Assembly (NCBI RefSeq): GCF_052425735.1
Contig: NC_135761.1
Coordinates: forward strand, 39,246,001-39,310,000
DNA: 64,000 nucleotides
Direction of reading: 5' to 3'
Source of the DNA: Oculina patagonica
Lineage: Eukaryota
Within the stretch, counting starts at the first letter, position 1. Each line of letters opens with the position of its first letter. A program made the position numbers and the translations under genes. This document shows, one piece after another, positions 38,201 through 51,349 of this stretch. The notes below the pieces were generated by a model. It was not told the origin of the DNA, ran no database searches, and worked only from the letters and a program-made list of their open reading frames with translations.

Positions 38201-39934
38201 TTACTATATAAACAGAAGGAATGACAAGAAACTAGGGGATCGTACTTAAAAAATAATTTTTCTTGTTGTTCAGATCGTTCTAGGTCACTCAGTTCTTGTT
38301 TAAGCTCCTTTTTGCATTTTTTCCTGAAAGTGTTCTTTTAAACCCTTTCATTTTTAGTTTTTCACCTTGTCAAAGAAAAAAAACCCAGCAAATCAGGATA
38401 AAGGAGAGTGGCCGTTGTATATTGGACGGTATTTAACCCTACCCTCCACGATCATATCTTGCACGAAATTTAGTAGGCGTTGTTTTTCTGTGGCATAGTA
38501 TAGAAGTATAGACATAAGTAGTTACGCAACACTTTCTCGCGATATACTTCGGAACATCCCACTTATCAGTTGAATTTTTTGTGTTATACACTCTCGCTTA
38601 AAGATAGAATTAAAACTTTGTTGAAGGGTCAAAACTACATGACTAGGAAAAAATACAAGTGACCGTCCCAGGGGATACTCCTCCAATGGCCTATGCGGGG
38701 AGGCTCCGCCTGAAAGGGGTACCTATTTCAGGCTTCAGGTAAATGAGATGTTTTCTTTAAAGTGCTTTATGTGAGGGTCTGAATGGGGGTACCGCGATAA
38801 CACAAAACACTTCATTTTTTGGCTCTGTAACATGAAACAGTAAACTTTTAGGCATTCTAACACTAACAGTAAAAAATTCACTGTAACAGTAAATTTTCTC
38901 CAAAAATCAAAACAAAACAAAAACGGCGCCATAAAGGCCGCTTTTATTTTGTTTAGTATATGAAGAAGTTTTCGGCCATTTTCGGACGATTTCCGATCAG
39001 TTCGGAAGAAATCCGAAGACTACCAAATATTCCCAAAGACTACTAGAGATTTCCGGAGATATCCGAAGACTACCGAAGATGGCCGAAGACTACGGAAGAT
39101 TTCCGGGGAAAAATTCGAAAATGTTCTCTAAGTTCACAAGTGATCTTATCCGATTTTTTAAGAGCAGATAAGAATTTACAATGCTAATTTTTTTTACGAA
39201 AAACCCTCCAAACGCTTCACAGTATTTTTTCCAGAAACAGTAAACATTAAAAAAATTGGCCAATTTAACAGCATACCCTCTTATGTTAGAGCGGTTTTCA
39301 AATGAGTGTCGTAAAATCAAAACCAAAGCAATCATTCTGGCCAATCAAAACAGACACAAACAATCCAGTAAACCAATCAAAACGCAAAGTAAATACTTTT
39401 GGCCGACGCGAAGCGCGGGAAAACGTATGTGAGCGAGTCACGATTGGCTTTGGTTTCACCAGGAGCCATAATCGGGGACGGAGACCGTAAGCGCGCGACT
39501 GAGGTTGTCCCCATGATATGGAACAATTGTGCTATTTTTAGCACAAATTGCGCCATCTTCAACGTCATAAACCGCGCGAATACACGCAAAATTGCGCGGA
39601 TTCTCGCGTGGATCCGCTCGGATAGAACCGGAGTTGCGTGTTCAGTGTCACGTGAGTCGCGAAACCATTCGAGTCTGCACGAAAAGCTGGAAAAGTTGAG
39701 AACAAACAAGCAGCTATTTCAAAGAGAAATAGTGTTTCGTTTCCTGATTGCGGAAGGGTAAGAATAGTGTAACACTTAAGGAGAGGTGGGTTTGGGGTTT
39801 ACTTTAATTTGGAGAAGGTCCTAGTGTATGTTAAATTTGCCGAATTTATGCACGAGTGCAAAATGAAAAGAAGAACTTCATATTCAGTAGTAACTTAAAT
39901 TCTCATTTTACACCTACAGTCGATTTTATGTAAA

Positions 39935-42900
39935 GGAGACATAAACTACGTCCTGCTGCAGTTTGGCTTTCAAGAGTTCAAGTAACACATAAATATTTCT
40001 CTTTATAGAAATAGCATATGTCTTTATCTCCAAATTAAGTTAAGTGAAGGGAGCTTGCCTTTATCGTTTTTACTCATCCAGTGGAAATTAAAATGATTTT
40101 TTTATTTCTGCAGAACACGTTTTGCTTAAAAATGGCACCCGATAGCATAACTTTGGATGTTACATGAATGGAAAAATAACTTACAGAAAATATTTAAATA
40201 TATTCCTATCAATGTGGGGAAACATGAAACCACAAGAGTAAAATGCAAGATCAGAGTAATGCAATTAATTTAAATGGTTTATTTTTTGAAACAAACAATC
40301 CTAAAATAAATCAGTTCCATAAATAAAGTGTTTTGTGACTATTGATCTCTGATAAAATGCAAAACAACACTTTAATCGAAGATGAAATTATTACCTTTTG
40401 ACAAAAAGCTTGAGGTATATACTTCTCTGAGTTGATCACATGCTCAAATCAAATAAATGCCAAATTCATACAAACCAAAACCCTGGTCGACAAGAACAGA
40501 GATAAGCACACTGTTTCGAAGCCATTACTTCAAAATGAAATGCCTGTTGTCACTTTACAAAGACACGTAAACAACCAATGCAAATTAATGTAAAAAGCTA
40601 CCATACACAGATTTTTAACAAGGATTTTTAATTAAGCAAAATTCAAGTTTAAAGAAAGTTATATGTTGTATATAGTCGTACCAGGATTGTATTTTGCTCG
40701 ATCCGCGCTGCACGCTCTCCCGGCAAATATAAAATTATCTCCACAGAATAAGACACAGCCAAGTTGCTTCTGTTGTCAGTGTAACAGCCTTGCATTGGTA
40801 ACACTGATAATAACGATTTGCATTTTTGGCGATACTGTGGAGTTTCGATCAGACCGCGATGGCTTTGAATAATCCAAATAATGTTTATATCATTAATTTA
40901 ATCTCAGAAATCTGCACCAGCAGTTGCAACGGTAGTTAATATTGAGCGTTACATCAACTAAGGAGACGAATTTAGTTCGACACGGCAGTTGCACACCTTG
41001 CTATACGATACTGTCCATACAAAATTTAAACTTTGAGCAGAACTTATCAACTTTCCGTGCAGACTCGAATGTTTTTGCGACGCCGACGTGACACTGATCA
41101 CGCAATTCCGGGTACATCCACGCGAGAACCCACGCAATTTTGCGTGTATTCGCGCTGTTTGTGACGTCGAAGATGCCGTGAAATTTTCCTGTACAAATAG
41201 AATAGGGCAATCGCCCACATTTATACATTCCTCTGTTACATGTAGTGAAATTAACTTTGTAAGTCACCTGCAAATATGCACTTCTCTTTGTAGCGCACTT
41301 AAGCTCTACCGTGCGAGCAAACAAGAGATACGCCAAGTCATCCCGTTTTTCTTTGCGCTTGTAAAGACTGGTTGGTGGAAATTTACTTCCGTTTCAGAAT
41401 AACATTAAACGCTACGAGAGCTTTCTCTAGTTTTCTTACAATACATCGCTTTAGTCAAACTTAAAACCATTGCAGTCGTTAGATATTTCTGTTTGCAACG
41501 AATCTAAATTTTTTTGGTCATGCTGAGGAATATATTTCCGATATTTGAAGAACATGACTGTTTTTACGAAATTAATTGCCATCGGTCATACGTATTTACT
41601 TTGTGGTTACGACCGTTCTTGTGATTGGATAGCAGCCCCCCGTGCGAGCAAACACGACAAGTCATCCCTTTTTTGTTTGCGCTTGCAAACACTGATTGGT
41701 GAAAATTTACTTCCGTTTCAGAAAATCGCTAGAATGTTTACTTAACAATTAAACGCTACGAGAGCTTTCTCTAGTTTTCTTACAATACATCGCTTTAATC
41801 AAACTTAAAACCATTGCAGTCGTCAGATATTTCTGTTTGCAACGATTCTCAATATTTTTTTATCATGCTGAGAATATTCTTTCCGATATTTGAAGAACAT
41901 GTTTTTACGAAATTAATTGCCTTCAGTCAAACGTATTTACTTTGTGGTTACGACCGTTATTCTGATTGGATAGTAGCCCTCACTGTGTAAATAGTTCACA
42001 TCGAAGCCAAAATAATACCGTATCGTTTCTGAGGAAACGAAACAAAAAGAAGGCAGTCAAGTTCAGTGAAAACCTCAAATTTTGTATGGATAATATTGTA
42101 AACCAAGCTGTGAAACTGCCATGTCGAACTTAATTCATCTCCTTGATGTAAAGCACAAGATTAACTACCGTTGCAACTGCTGGAGAAGTTTTCTGAGATG
42201 AAATTCGCGATGTAAACATTATTTGGATTACTCGAAGCCATCGTGGTCTGATCGACACTCCAGACCAAGCATCGCCAAAAATGAAAATCGTAATTATACA
42301 CTGACAACAGAAGCAACTTGGCTGTGTCTTATTCTGTGGAAATAATTTCGTATTTGCCGGAAGAGCTTGCAGCGCGGATCGAGACGAACGAGCGAAATAC
42401 AATCCTGGTATGACTGTAAATAAGCTTACTTATTGATGTACTTTAATTATAAATCCCGGTTTTAAATCTCGGTTTTAATAAAGCTTTTTTTATATTAATA
42501 TGCCCTGGATGTTTACGTGTCGAAGTATCACAGGCATTTGATTTGCAAGAAATGGCCTCAAAACAGTGTCTTTGTGCTTATCTCTGCTATCGGCCAGGGT
42601 TTCGGTTTGTCTTGAAAGTCAGGCATTTATTTGATTTGAGCATGTGATCATATTTAGAGAAGTATATACCTCAAACTTTTTGTCAAAAGATTATAGTTTC
42701 ATCTACGATTAAAGAGTTGTTTTTCATTTTTAATCGGAGATAAGAAGTCACAAAACTTTTATTCTAGAACTGAATAATTTTGGTATTTTATGATTCCAAA
42801 AATAAACCTATTTAATAATTTAAATTAATTTCATTACTCTCATCTTACACTTTACTGTACTCATTGATAGGAGCATATTTAAATATATTCTGTAGTTATG

Positions 42901-43150
42901 TTTTCATTGATGGGACATTCAAAGTTATGCTATAGGTAACCATTTATGCAAAAAGTGTTCTGCAGAAATAAAAAAATCATAATTTTAATTGGATGAGTAA
43001 AAAAGGTGAAGGCAAGCACCCTTTCCTAAACTTAATTTGGAGAGAAAGACACATGCTATTTCTATAAAAAGGAAATATTTAATATGTGTCACTTAAACTC
43101 TTGAACACCAAACTGCAGCAGGTCTAAGTTTAATTCTTCTTACATAAAAT
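39935..43150. repeat. Internal inverted repeat, arms ~39935-41035 and ~42075-43150
   Basis: CTGCTGCAGTTTGG.../...CCAAACTGCAGCAG. ORFs 40663..40872(+) and 42130..42402(-) are mirror peptides (PQNKTQPSCFCCQC). Confidence 0.9.
41309..41980. repeat. ~335-bp tandem duplication in the loop of the palindrome
   Basis: CGTGCGAGCAAACA...GATTGGATAG(C/T)AGCCC repeated from 41310 and 41641. Confidence 0.9.
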
Positions 43151-46100
43151 GGACAAGTAGTATACTAAAAAAGATGTTATGGATAGCACATCCATGATTT
43201 TTGCCAAAAATAAATCTATGATTTTCAATAGGTGTCTTGCATGTCTTGCATCACCAAACAATATTGTTTGCTATATGGTTCTTCTGACATCTTTCTCATT
43301 GGTAACCTTTGTCAAAGTTCTGTGATATGTACTGAATCTTTACTTTTGATGAATCTTTTGAACTATGTCCAGTTTTGTCACAAATTAGATCTTATAATTG
43401 GGAGTGATTTGTAAGTTTTTTGTCACTTCTCCCTTATTGTATGGCTATACTGATTTCTTTATTTTTGGCCTACAATTTCCTTCAGTTTCCTCCCTTCCAA
43501 CTAGGAAAAATTCTGAAGCTGCTCATAATAAAGAAGTAAGAATTCATCCAGTTTTTGTTGTTTATAACAAAAGTAAAAGTGAAAGGTGAAAAGGTTATAC
43601 AACTTCAAACTTTTTAGCTTGTATAATCTTTCTGGTAGAATAGCTATAACAACACTGTTTGAGTGGCATTAGGAACTGAGTCGGTTAAGTGTGACGAATC
43701 TGAGCTTCACTTTGGATGTATATATATTCCTCTTTTGAACGGAATATAAGCACTTTGCCTTCATTTCATTTAACATACAGTTAGTCTTGTATTTCATGAT
43801 GCTAATATAATGATGCATTTTTATATGTTTATTTAGTAATAATGTCAATAATATAACAGATGCTCATCTTTTAGTGCTTTAAACCGCAGATTAGTTTGAC
43901 CTGACCCTAATAGTGCTTTTTTTTGTTTCTTTGTTTTACTTCTGTTTTGTTATTGTTATCAGTCCTATCCCTAGGACATTTAACAATTTAAGAGGCCATT
44001 TTAACAGTACCCAAGATAAAACACAAGGCTAATTAAATGGTATGGGAAGTTGAATTCCAGTTTAACAACCATAATAGTTGTAATAGTTGCATAACCAGAC
44101 TGCACTCAATTTCTGTAGTCCAAGAAATTTGATACTGTAATGTACAATTTTGAATTTTCAATACACAGTTTTCCCTGAGAGAGAGGAATTTTTTTTTCTC
44201 CTGTGACTTCAGTTTATCTTTTTGGCTCACTGATTGCAATTTAATCTTTAAAATTTGTCATCCCTGAGTAAAAAAAAAATAACATTAATAGCAATAGTTG
44301 AATGCTCCCTGCTTTCGAAAACATGGCCAAAATATACTGCAGCTTTTAAGAAATTGTTTTTAATTATTCCATGTTATCTAACAAAGTAAGTACATATATG
44401 ACCAGATGAAAAGTTATTGCTGCATTGAAATTAAAATACAAGAGACTTAAAGAAAAATTTCGGAGCAAAATCAGTCAGATAAGGAACTTGAATGGGGCAA
44501 AACATTTAAGAAACATGTAAAGATATTCCTAAACTACTCCATTACTCAGTATCAAAGTCCTAGCTATAAACTTGCGAGGCTGCTGTACAACATATAAAAG
44601 CATCGAAGAAAGAACGACATGATGTATACAGTCGTATTTCGGCAAAAATATGGTCTCTGTTTGCCCCTGTCGATCTTTATGCTTTGCGTCTCCTTGTCGC
44701 TGCGCTCTAAAACGAGTAAGTAAATGTCTTGCGCCTCCTCGTATACGACATCTCCGACGCGTTTTCACGCTGTTCACGACTGAATTTGTCGGGAAACAAT
44801 GCTACTGCAGACATCCGAACCACTAGAATCACCCTCACTTTCATGATCACTTTCAAGGAAGTGCTCAAGGAAGGATTGATGTAACTGAGGAGTAGAAACA
44901 GATGAAAAAAATCCAATATCTGCTTCACTTGAAGAGGTAATTTTGGACGCCATTTTGTTTGTTTTTCTCCGCGCGACGTCCTCGCAAAAATCCTCGCAGC
45001 AGTACGCGCGCGTACCACACGCGATGGCGCAATTTGTGCTAAAAATAGCACAAATGTTCCATATCATGGGGACACCCCCCAATACTGAAATGGCACGCGC
45101 TTACGGTCTCCGTCCCCGATTATGGCTCCTGGTTTCACTTCTGATTGGTTAAGAAAGTGGCGCGAGATTTTGAGACCAATCAGTAAGCGAAGTAATGCAA
45201 AACCAAAGCAATTACGAATTACTTCCGACACTCAAGTGAAAATCGCTCTAATACATTGCGAACAAACACACCCTATCATTTCATTTTATAAAGTGAAGCT
45301 AGTTACAAATGACAAGAACACAATCTATCTTAGGCATGTGTCACGTCCCTTCGGTATATGAAAGGGACACGTTTTTCAATAAAAGGTGTGCGAAAGAGGT
45401 ACTTTTCTGAAATAGTATACGGGATTAAGCCTCGGGGCGGAGCCTCCCCGTATGAAACTCTTGTGAGTGCCTTCCTCCCGGGCGCGTGGGATATTTCATA
45501 ATATTCAGTAAAAAACTATTAATGGAATATTTCAATTCCCGAGTTTTGATTGGTTAACAGGAAATATCATAATTTTTTGGGTGTTTTAAGTAAAACAATT
45601 ATTCCACTCACGCTTGTTGGATATCTATCTAGCCACGCGCCTCGTTCGCTATCTACCATCTCAATTCCAACTCACGCTAGTGAAATAATTGTTAAGTATA
45701 TCACTCGAAGGCGTTGCAGTACAGCATCTAGTTTGTATCATGTTTTAGCTTATTTAGAAGGAGCGATATCTCTACCTCTGTATGCTTCACGTACCTGAAG
45801 CAATAAAAGTTTCCCCTTTCGGGTGGAGCCTCCCCGAATAGGCCAGGCTTTCCACCCAGCCAATGTCTATGGTTACATTCTCTTCCTATCTAACTTTCTT
45901 ACGGATCTGTCACTGTGCCCCTGACAAGAATAGCAGACTTTCTGCGTGTAAACTTGCATATTTTTCGAGATCCACTTTTGCCGAGTAGTTTTTCGTAGCG
46001 ACTGAGCTCGCTAATCTATTATCTATCATTTTTATTGCTCTCTAAATTTTATACATTTTTAACGCCAAAATATGTCACGATTTACGCCCGGAAAATGGCG

Positions 46101-47074
46101 CCTTCCAAAATATTTCTGAAACTTTATGTTATTTATAAGAACACAACTGAGGGAAAATATTTGCGTCAACAAAAAAACATTGTCGCGGTCCATTCAAGGC
46201 ATTATTTTCGAATATTTGTAAACGAAAAATTGTCGAAGAAGACGTACCAGGAGTTGCTCTGAGGAAAAATATAAATATCTATGGCTTCACGGTTTTAACT
46301 CGGGAATAAAAAGATTAGTGAAAAGAGTCCATGTCCTGTAGTCATTTAGTCCATGTCCTATAATCACTTAAGTTCCTAAGTTCCTAACGCGTTGTGCTTA
46401 TTGCCTCTTTTATTCTTTTATGCATTTTTCCGTACGTCTCCGTTTTAAAAAATGTATCGTGGTTTCAAAACACCAAACCCCCTAAATTAGGTTTAAAGAA
46501 ACGTCAATGTACAAGTCTTAAAAGTTTTTCTTAACTCTGGGTTTCTTTATACTTTTACCTTATATTAATGCAGCAAAAACAAAATATTAAATAAGTTTTG
46601 ATCTTTTTCTTCTAATTAAACAATTACCGAAATATAAAAAGTCTAAATACACTTGTTAAGATATGATCAGTTTACGATAGAAACTTGCCCGTGTTATGGT
46701 CAATTAAAGAGCTCGGCTTTTAGAAGAATCTTCGAAGAAGACGCACAAGAGTTGATCTGACGAGTAAAGAGCGTAGTGTTTATTTCTACTCTTGTGCATT
46801 TCTCTCGGCTTTGCACAAATCCTTGGTTTCCTAAAGCCCGTGCCGCGACAGCTCGACCCCGAGGTATCCACTGGTGCGTTGGTCATTTCCGGGACAAACT
46901 TCTAACATAAAGTGTAAAGTGCGAAGAACAGTACGCAACAAAATCGATCTAAAAATAAAGGAGTACGTTATAGCGCAAAAACGTATCACTTATAGTCTAT
47001 GCATTTTTTTTCTAGGGACATTTAGTAAATATGGGCCTGTCCTTGTCCGCTAGTATTTCAATTAGGCTACGGTA

Positions 47075-47389
47075 CCGTTTTTATTCGATTAAGCGCCCAA
47101 CCCACCCCCTAAAAAAGCGAAAGGAGTAAACTAAAAGGAATGAAATTGACTAAGTACTACCAAGAGACTATCCCTAAGACTGAGCTTTCTTCAGTGATTC
47201 ACGAAATTTTCAATGCGGAACAGTTAAAATTCAGCTTTGGTACATATTAACGTTTTGTTATTATTTATTGTTTTCTTGCAAAATAAGAGTACTGCTTGAA
47301 AAAAAAATAGTGAAAATGTAATAAGCGCCCACTGTCAAGGTCCAAAAATTTAATAAGAGCCCACAGGGCGCTTAATCGAATTAATACGG
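47075..47389. mobile_element. Tc1/mariner-type MITE
   Basis: TA-CCGTTTTTATTCGATTAAGCGCCC ... GGGCGCTTAATCGAATTAATACGG-TA. Confidence 0.85.
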
Positions 47390-47400
47390 TATTTCATAAA

Positions 47401-48968
47401 CATACATACATACATACATACATACATACATACTTTATTTAACGTGGAAAAAAGTACACACTTAGCTGTTAGCTAGTTTACAGGTGCTCCACGATTAAAA
47501 GTTTAGTATTTACAAAAGTATTTACATCAAAACAAAGGGTATAAAAGTATTACATCAGACTATTTTAAAATGGTTAAAAAAAAAAAAAAAAAAAAACAAA
47601 CAAACAAACAAACAAACAACAACACCATCTAGCTAAATTAAGATTCCTAAAAAAATATATATATATAAATATAAAAATCCTATCTAAAAGCGATAAAATA
47701 TAATTATTAAACATTGAAATCAGTTTGTCTAATCTTTTTCAAAAAGTCCTTTGAGCCTGCCATGGAACGAATATCACGAGGTAGCATGTTCCAGTGCTTT
47801 GCTGCAGCATAACGCCACGACTTAAGACCATATCTGGTAGTGTTCACTTTAGGTATGGAAAGATTAAAATTACCGCGAAGATTGTACGCTGTTCTCTTTT
47901 CAGTTATAAGATTTTTGAAGCTGGATGGTGCCCTGCCTTGAATAATATTGTTCACAGTCAATAACATATCTTGAGTGCGACGATTTTCTAAGGTTGATTT
48001 TGATCCGATACGCCGCAAGAGCGCTTCGTACGACGAGGTCTTGTCGCTGTACACAAATCTCAAGGCCCTCGCATTTGTTCTTTCCAGTTTTTCTATATTT
48101 CTTCTTCCACAGTGATACCAAACTTGACTACAATAAGAAAAATAAGGTAAAATAAAAGCTCTATACAAGGATTCCTTCGTATTACAAGGTAGAATGTTCT
48201 TTAACCTGCTTAGAGCGTTTATTTGGCTCCCCACCTTGCGACAAATGTCCGCAATGTGTGAATCAAATTTTAGTTTATCGTCTAAAGTTATGCCCAGTAA
48301 TTTTATCTCCTTGGATACTGGAATTTCTTTACCCTCACATTCGATCTTGATGTCACACTGACTAGCATTTCCTAACACCATGGCGTTATATTTTGTCGGG
48401 TTGGCGATCATACCGTTTTGTTTGAACCAAGAGCTGGCATTGAACAGATCTTGGTTAATCATGTTTTCAACTGCGCGGGGACATTCGTTTGAGGCATGTA
48501 GATTGGTGTCGTCTGCAAAGCTTAGTAAGCTGCTCTCGTTTATAGCATAGGCCATATCGTTCATAAAAATATTAAAAAGAAGCGGTCCTAATATTGACCC
48601 CTGGGGTACACCACTACGAACGACATTCCACGATGAAAAACTGTTTCCCAGTTTGACTCGTTGGTAGCGATGTGAGAGATAGCTCTGAAGAAGGGACCAC
48701 GATCTTTCATCCAGTCCGTAAAATCTAAGCTTTTCCAACAGAAGATCGTGAGGGATACAGTCAAATGCCTTGCTAAGGTCCAGTGTAGCAGCACCAATAA
48801 AGTGGCTTTGATCAAGTTTTTCTTTCCACTCTTCGGTAAGTGTTAATAGCGCCGCAGAGCAGCCATGAAATTTCCGATACGCGAACGTATAGTCGTGGAA
48901 AATGGTATCAAAATACGTACTCATCTGTGTATGGATAATGCGTTCAAACACTTTGTCGAATGCGGGCT
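47401..48968 (-). mobile_element. 5'-truncated CR1/L2-group LINE with (TATG)n tail
   Basis: RT ORF followed by a 3' UTR, AATAAA and a (TATG)8 tail at 47401-47432. Confidence 0.9.
47707..48968 (-). CDS. Non-LTR reverse transcriptase (C-terminal ~420 aa of ORF2, open frame)
   Basis: KVFERII, AYRKFHGC, LDLSKAFDCIPH, GVPQGSILGPLLF, FADDT, KLLGITLD and YSCSQVW-like motifs. The endonuclease domain is missing. Confidence 0.92.
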
Positions 48969-49445
48969 TTGTCCAACACGCTGTCCTTTTTGTGTAAAGG
49001 TGTAATCTGACCATTCTTCCACCCTTCGGGGACTTAAAACGCGATTTAAAAATCCGACAGATCAATCCTAAGCTTCGAGTGTTATTGCAGAAGGCTTTTT
49101 CCTTTGCCTTATAGAAGCTTCTTACCAAACAACAGGTGCACTCAACTAAAGGTTTTATTTTTCTATAGGTGTGAGAACGCCGTTTTTATAATCGTCCTAT
49201 TTCAGCGTTGTAAAATGACATTTGTCTGTTACGCTTACTCGAGTTTCATATTCGAATAAACGCTACGTCACGATGCGGCGTTGAAATCAATGGAGGCTTT
49301 AAACCGAATAACAGTCTGTTGGGTGCTCCTGAAACAACATTTAAGTTACCAGCCATGAATAAATTTGCTCGGGGATTTGGTCTTGGAAACGAAAAAAACT
49401 AAAAGTGGGTCGAGATGAGAAAACAAGACCAGGAAAACAGGTGAC

Positions 49446-50352
49446 CAGGGCCGTAAGCAGACTTCAAACCAAGACGAGGCAAACTAGTCCGAGCGCCGAA
49501 GGCGCGAGCCGCTAGGGGGTCTGGGGGCATGCACCCCAGAAAATTTTGAAATATAGAAGTCTTTATGCACCGAGCTTCCTCCTCCCGCTTGCTCTTTCTG
49601 CTCCTTCATTTTTCTTCCTGGACAAAGGTGTAAGGGACGACTGGTTCTCATTTTTCAGCAATTTGAAGCTATCACATTTTGTACTTACAATTAATAGCAT
49701 AAGTAATGAATCCACAAGAGTAATCGACATACATCGATTTTAGATAGACGTCTTAGGTAACAATACCGTTTTGAACTGAATTGTTCGCTAATATAAACAG
49801 ATGTTCAGCTACTATAAGTTCTTCGTTCGTGATGTACTTAAATTGCTTATGTTCTTTAACCTTGATACAATAAGAAACATAAGACCATAGCGGTTTTCCG
49901 CGTCAAACTAATACACAAAGAACAACTTATATCATTGCCATATCTGAGAAATATAAGACTAAGAAGTCTCTTTTTACTGTCACAATTCTGACACATATTC
50001 GAGCTTATGGCACCTAAATGACCTTTTTTTCATAAAATTCACTTGCCTTAGCTGGCTTCATATTTCATAACCCAATGACAAAAGATTTCTAAGGATTTTT
50101 TTTTCCAACTTTACCCATTTTTACAAAAAATAATTTAGTGTCACAATTCTGACACATATTCGAGCTTATGGCACCTAAATGACCTTTTTTCATAAAATTC
50201 ACTTGCCTTAGCTGGCTTCATATTTCATAACCCAATGACAAAAGATTTCTAAGGATTATTTTTCCAACTTTACCCATTTTTACAAAAAATAATTTAGTGA
50301 AAATTAAGACAAGGCAAGTGCCTCGTCTTGCCTCATGCTAGTTACGGCCCTG
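49446..50352. mobile_element. CAGGG-terminal MITE with 5-bp TSD and internal 161-bp tandem duplication
   Basis: TIRs CAGGGCCGTAA / TTACGGCCCTG with GTGAC on both flanks. Duplication 49978-50138 / 50139-50299. Confidence 0.85.
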
Positions 50353-50399
50353 GTGACGATCTATTAGCTTCAGAGTGACTCCGTTCTTTGACAAACGGC

Positions 50400-50800
50400 G
50401 TTTTCCAAACGAACAATGGCTGTGGGCAAGCGTATTTTTCTGCAATATAACAGCGACAAACCGTTGAGTGGCGCCGGATCTCTTGAAGACCTGGATCAGT
50501 AACTTAGTTAAAAGAGAAAATATAGACGGGAAACTGATCCTGACGGCTAATGCGATCAAAAATAATAAGCGGATAAAAAGCTAAATTATGTTGAAATATT
50601 ATTATTTATTCTTTAATTTTAGTTTTTTCTTATTAGCAACGACCCTTTTACTTTTCTCACATTTTTTCAGCCTAGCCCCTGAGGAAGGTTTGTATTGCAA
50701 ACCGAAATAAAGGGAAAAGTTTATTTAATTTATATAAGTTTTTATCCACTTTATTATTTTTGACCGCTTTAGCCGTCAGGATCAGTTTGCCGTCTACATT
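50400..50800. mobile_element. Penelope pLTR remnant with inverted partial copy and mutated hammerhead (50675-50715)
   Basis: 50523-50583 is the reverse complement of 50735-50796. CCC-CTGAGGA-A-GGTTTG-TATTG-CAAACC-GAAA-TAAA-GGG core. Confidence 0.7.
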
Positions 50801-51349
50801 CCCCAAGGACGATGTTTGAGTCTTTCCCAAAGACTCCTCCCTAGTTCGAATGCAAGATGGCGCTCGCCAACTCAGAAACGACCACTCAAAAGCGACATAA
50901 CTTACACCTATGCAAGAACGCAATATGACACTTTGTTGTGCGGTATGAAAATATGGTCAAGAGACGTTGAAAACCGTCAGGAATTACGAGAAAGCGTCAC
51001 TGGATATTGCGTTCTTGCAGAAGTGTAAGATATTTAATATTTACCCAAAATTTCTTGATTAGAAGCGACATATCGGCTTCCGTACGTACTGAGGGGGCAA
51101 AACGGGAATTGAGATTTGGGCAAATTGTCGGCCCCTGGCAAAAACCTCTGACGGCAGATTATGTACTTCTGTCGACGGTCAAATTTGGTAAAACACGTGA
51201 CGGCTATATCCGTGTTGGATCCGCGGTGAATAACGAACAAATAAACAGTAGAACTGGGACTCACTGTGACTTGGAAAACTGGGAAAATAGGAAAGTGGGA
51301 AATGGAATTTTACCCCCTCCTCCCCCAAACGCGCGCTCTGTCACCATCT

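Larger units (their letters stand above)
39460..45131. mobile_element. 5.67-kb non-autonomous TIR transposon with 7-bp TSD and large internal palindrome (P/Galileo- or hAT-like)
   Basis: TIRs CAGGAGCCATAATCGGGGACGGAGACCGTAAGCGCG plus a second ~50-bp block. GTTTCAC at 39453-39459 and 45132-45138. Cleanly splits the host MITE. Confidence 0.9.
38667..45482. mobile_element. Nested MITE stack: outer CCCAGGGGG...CCCGGG element, TAAC...GTTA element (~38798-45304), TAGAGCG...CGCTCTA element (39287-45250)
   Basis: Each MITE has matching halves on either side of the inner insertion, e.g. TAGAGCGGTTTTCAAATGAGTGTCG / CGACACTCAAGTGAAAATCGCTCTA. Confidence 0.7.

Noticed and set aside
48969-49128. N-terminal ~53 aa of the 473-aa RT ORF
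   Set aside because: No RT or endonuclease similarity upstream of PAFDKVFE. This is fortuitous open frame in flanking DNA beyond the 5' truncation.
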